Assembly: GCA_963735805.1 (NCBI GenBank)
Contig: CAVTMK010000002.1
Coordinates: 1,152,001-1,216,000 of the forward strand
Source of the DNA: an uncultured Verrucomicrobiae bacterium
Lineage (GTDB): Bacteria; Verrucomicrobiota; Verrucomicrobiia; Chthoniobacterales; UBA10450
Direction: 5' to 3'
Length of the DNA: 64,000 nucleotides
Part shown: positions 59,667 through 64,000 of the stretch, piece after piece
Layout: the number at the start of each line of letters is the position of its first letter
Numbering within the stretch: the stretch's first letter is position 1
Notes under the pieces: generated by a model
The model's database searches: none
What the model saw: only the letters and a program-made list of their open reading frames with translations
What the model was told of the DNA's origin: nothing
Made by a program: the position numbers and the translations under genes

Positions 59667-60137
59667 ATGGACGATATTCAAAAACGAGCCGACGACGAAG
59701 CCTGGGACAAGAAACAGGATGGCTGGATTTCAGACGCAAATCGCAAGATCCAGAGCGGCCTTAAAGGCGAAGCGCTTGCTGCTCTCCATGGCTTTCATGT
59801 TCCAGCGGATGAAGTGGCGCCATGCGATGTCGATGAGAGGAGCGAGGTGGACGATCAGGAAACCCTGAGTGGCAAGATCATTGAACGACTGATACAGATT
59901 GGGGACACAATTTCGCAAAATGGCGATGTGCCCGACGATGTGAAACAAAGATGGACGGCCATGTTGCAGAAGTGTTACCCAAGCGAACCGAAGAGCGTGA
60001 TCCAGTTGCGCGATCTGAGGCAAGAGATCGATGAATGGAAGGAAGTCGACCCACAAGCGGCTCTTTCTTTAGAGTACAGCGCGATCGGTGCGGTGGCGAC
60101 GATGATCGAAATCTATCTACGGAGGTTTTGTAATTGA
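59667..60137 (+). CDS. Hypothetical protein
   Basis: Acidic helical ORF filling the gap. Confidence 0.5.
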   Translation: MDDIQKRADDEAWDKKQDGWISDANRKIQSGLKGEALAALHGFHVPADEVAPCDVDERSEVDDQETLSGKIIERLIQIGDTISQNGDVPDDVKQRWTAMLQKCYPSEPKSVIQLRDLRQEIDEWKEVDPQAALSLEYSAIGAVATMIEIYLRRFCN

Positions 60138-60210
60138 TAGCACGAATAGTGCTACCAGCCTGTAGTTCGGTGGGATCGGAACTTTGCGGTCAGCGGTCTG
60201 GTAGTTCCTC

Positions 60211-61200
<990 letters not shown>

Positions 61201-61348
61201 ACCTGGAATTTGGCGGTTAGATTCGGGGCTGTCTCGTCCATTGGCAGCCGTTGGGAACGCATCGTGATTGAACCCGGGGTGAATCGTTATGTAGCCTTAA
61301 CAGGAGGATTCGCATTTTTCGCAAGATGCTACAGTATCCACCATCGTT

Positions 61349-61816
61349 GTGAAAAGGCCGTTGCGCATAGTTGTCGTTTGTTTGTCGATCTTCACCGTCT
61401 TTGATGCACCTGAAGTGGGCGAGGCGGGACCGTTCGAGGATTTTTTTGGTGCGATACGAAGATCATTTGCGCACCCCACACCAAAGCCACGATCGGCGCA
61501 ACCCCACCGAAGTAGTCGTAAGCAGAGTAATGAGACCCCGCCAAACGACGTTTCAGATACTTCGAATAACGCGACTTTACCAACGCCCACTCCTGTCCCT
61601 GCGCCTCCGAATCGGAATAATGTTCGCGTGGCAAAAGCAACGGCGACTAAGAAGAACTCCAAGGGCGATCTGCCATATGGAATTCCCGTCCCCGGAAAAC
61701 AAGGCTTGGTTACCAGTCCGTTCTCACCGGACAGCGGTTACATCGATGTCCGGAGTTTTCCGCCCGGCACCGAAGTAAAAGATCCTTACACAGGCAAAAC
61801 TTTCCTTACGCCATAA
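61349..61816 (+). CDS. Secreted hypothetical protein with small conserved C-terminal domain
   Basis: Signal-like N-terminus, low-complexity linker, GIPVPGK.G.V.SP...DV..FPPG..V.DPYTGK.F. Confidence 0.75.
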   Translation: MKRPLRIVVVCLSIFTVFDAPEVGEAGPFEDFFGAIRRSFAHPTPKPRSAQPHRSSRKQSNETPPNDVSDTSNNATLPTPTPVPAPPNRNNVRVAKATATKKNSKGDLPYGIPVPGKQGLVTSPFSPDSGYIDVRSFPPGTEVKDPYTGKTFLTP

Positions 61817-61855
61817 CGATATTTCAATGGGGCGAGAACCGGGGTTTTCGCTAGT

Positions 61856-62887
61856 TCAACCCCATAGTCCTTGCGAAGGCACGCCGATCCTGCCTTCGTG
61901 GTATGGCGCGGGATGATCACGGTCGCGAGCGAGGAGCAGGGGACCATCAAGGTCCACGTAGTCCGCAGTGCTGGCTAACAGTCGAGCAGGAGCAATACCT
62001 AACGAAGTGCATGCCATGCAGCCGATCAATAACTTGAATCCGTTTTCTCGTGCACCCGAGCACAAGCGTAGCGCTTCGGTCATCCCTCCGGTTTTGTCGA
62101 GCTTCACATTCACCACTTCATAGCGATTCGCCAGGCCAGGTAGGTCGGCGGTTATGTGACAACTTTCATCAGCGCAGACCGGAATCGGATGGTCGAGGGT
62201 CCGCAGGACTTCGTCAGCGTTCGCAGGGAATGGCTGTTCGATGAGCTCGACGCCTAATTCCTTTAGCCCTTGAACAATCGCACGGTAATGCTCTGGAGAC
62301 CATGATTCATTCGCATCAATAAGCAGACGCGCCGCTGGCGTGGCTGCGTGTACGGCATCGACCCGAGTGAGGTCCAGGTGGTCGCCGCCAAGCTTCAACT
62401 TTAAGATCGGCATATTCGAATTTGCTGTCGCGTCGGCGGCCATTTTCTTCGGCGTATCGAGGCTGATCGTGAAAGACGTCTCGACTTCGGAAACCATCAG
62501 GATGTTCGCCAGTTCCCAGACGCGTTTGCCCGAGGCTTTCGCTTCGAGATCCCAAAGTGCGCAGTCCAACGCATTGCGCGCGGCCCCAGCCGGCATCAGT
62601 TCTTGCAAGGTTTGACGGTTGAAATCCTTCTCGCTGGGAAGGGATTCGATCTGTGCCAGCACCGAAGCGATGCTCTGATTATAGCGCGCCAGCGGCACAC
62701 ACTCGCCATGACCGATGCGTTCGCCATCGCTCACCGTCACCACGACGACTTGCGCTTCAGTGCGGCTCCCGCGCGAAATCCGAAACGGTTGCTTGAGAGG
62801 CCAGACTTCCTCCCTTGCTTCGACGGTGAGATGACTTATCGCCACAGAAGACACCGAAGATAACCACGGGGCGAAGTCAAAGATCAA
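61856..62887 (-). CDS. Enolase-superfamily dipeptide epimerase (L-Ala-D/L-Glu epimerase / DgcA-like)
   Basis: F.ISRG, KLKL, DANESW, IEQP, ADES, KLDKTGG and DLDG motifs; start uncertain. Confidence 0.9.
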   Translation of the reverse strand: MIFDFAPWLSSVSSVAISHLTVEAREEVWPLKQPFRISRGSRTEAQVVVVTVSDGERIGHGECVPLARYNQSIASVLAQIESLPSEKDFNRQTLQELMPAGAARNALDCALWDLEAKASGKRVWELANILMVSEVETSFTISLDTPKKMAADATANSNMPILKLKLGGDHLDLTRVDAVHAATPAARLLIDANESWSPEHYRAIVQGLKELGVELIEQPFPANADEVLRTLDHPIPVCADESCHITADLPGLANRYEVVNVKLDKTGGMTEALRLCSGARENGFKLLIGCMACTSLGIAPARLLASTADYVDLDGPLLLARDRDHPAPYHEGRIGVPSQGLWG

Positions 62888-62979
62888 GGGCTAAAGAAGG
62901 GCGTGACATCAATGAGGTTTTGTCATTAACTCTAATCCAATCGTCAGTTGTCTTCGTCGCGAGTAGGAGCACAAAAACT

Positions 62980-63381
62980 ATGAAGCTTAAGAGTTTAAAG
63001 AAAAAAATCCGGCGCCTTGAGAAATGTCTGCAGGAAGATCAAAAAAGGCTGGCCAGGCTAAAACAAAAACTTCAGACGACTGAATCAGCAAAGGCGATGA
63101 AAGCCGCGAGGAAATCGGCTGCTCGTGCTGCTCGCCGGGCCGCTCAGTCTTCGTCTTCCCAGCAAAAAGGCGGCGCGCACAAGTCGGCCGCTGCAAAGAA
63201 AGCGAAGAGAAAACTAAACCTTTCGCCGGAACGCCGCGCCCAACTTGCAGCTGCGATGAAGGCCAGGTGGGCTGCCAAGAGAGCCGCCCAGGGGAATACG
63301 CAAACGACATCAGGCGATAATCAAAATCCTGCGCCGGGATCAACGCCGCAGGCACCCGAAAACAGGCCAGACGGTGTCTAG
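62980..63381 (+). CDS. Lys/Ala/Arg-rich basic protein, putative nucleoid-associated
   Basis: AGGAG RBS; coiled coil, then KRKLNLSPERRAQLAAAMKARWAAKR. Confidence 0.7.
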   Translation: MKLKSLKKKIRRLEKCLQEDQKRLARLKQKLQTTESAKAMKAARKSAARAARRAAQSSSSQQKGGAHKSAAAKKAKRKLNLSPERRAQLAAAMKARWAAKRAAQGNTQTTSGDNQNPAPGSTPQAPENRPDGV

Positions 63382-63417
63382 AGCGGTTTGGTGCGGGCGC
63401 GTTGGTTGAGTCGCGCT

Positions 63418-63993
63418 TCACTTACGCCGACGCACACCACCGAGTTCCGCATAGCGCGTACATGTCACGAGGTGATCGTTGACCATCCCGACCGCCTGCA
63501 TCAGCGCGTAGCAGATCGTTGAGCCAACAAATTTGAATCCGCGACGCTGCAGGTCGCGGCTCATCTCGTCAGATTCTGCCGTGCGCGCAGGAACGTTGGC
63601 CATGCGCCGCCACCGATTCTGGATCGGCTTGCCACCGACGAAGCTCCATAGGTAGGCGTCGAAAGATCCGAACTCTTTGCGCACGGAGAGAAAGATCTTC
63701 GCGTTTTCGATTGTCGCCGCAATCTTCAATCGGTTGCGCACGATCCCGGCGTCTCTAAGCAACCGTCGCACATCCCGCGCGTTGTAACGCGCAATTCTCT
63801 CTGGACGAAATCCATCGAACGCTTTGCGGTAGTTCTCTCGTTTTTTTAAGATCGTGGTCCAGCTCAGTCCTGCCTGTGCGCCTTCGAGTGTTAGAAATTC
63901 AAATAGAACTCTGTCATCGTGTACTGGAACGCCCCATTCCTTATCGTGATAAGTAATGTTCGGCTCGGCTGTAGCCCAGGGACAACGCGACAT
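63418..63993 (-). CDS. tag: DNA-3-methyladenine glycosylase I
   Basis: RCPW, YHD.EWG, LEGAQAGLSW, GFKFVG and NDH...C motifs. Confidence 0.95.
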   Translation of the reverse strand: MSRCPWATAEPNITYHDKEWGVPVHDDRVLFEFLTLEGAQAGLSWTTILKKRENYRKAFDGFRPERIARYNARDVRRLLRDAGIVRNRLKIAATIENAKIFLSVRKEFGSFDAYLWSFVGGKPIQNRWRRMANVPARTAESDEMSRDLQRRGFKFVGSTICYALMQAVGMVNDHLVTCTRYAELGGVRRRK

Positions 63994-64000
63994 ATGCGCA

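Noticed and set aside
61300..61326. ACAGGA-N15-GCAAGA as another AraC operator
   Set aside because: One mismatch, far from the module and too close to the start codon; plausible by chance

Overview
A 64-kb bacterial chromosomal window. The gene families suggest Verrucomicrobiota, probably soil Spartobacteria/Chthoniobacterales; this is an inference, not tested. Core segments (ychF, tRNA-Pro, truA, ruvX, manC, hemW, udg, serS, ybaB, dnaX, tag) alternate with accessory regions. (1) 11.5-22.2 kb: a CheB/CheR - PAS kinase - NarL module next to an ECF sigma and small stress-type genes, several of which share an ECF-like promoter motif. (2) 24.9-36.5 kb: a decaying region with pseudogenes, integron-type gene cassettes and a ~9.1-kb integrase-less island. 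The island is bounded by a 32-bp duplication of the tRNA-Gly 3' end and carries Hsp20, a CBS protein, several tiny ORFs and a PocR-AraC regulator with candidate direct-repeat operators. (3) 52-59 kb: another attC-like site, gene relics and a frameshifted kinase-TPR gene. Five attC-like elements, all on the minus strand, are dispersed over about 29 kb with no intI in the window. Many intergenic spaces hold GTAG-type REP-like palindromes or inverted arrays of 7-10-bp tandem repeats. No CRISPR array, rRNA, integrase or transposase was recognised. All product calls come from motif recognition by eye, not database searches.
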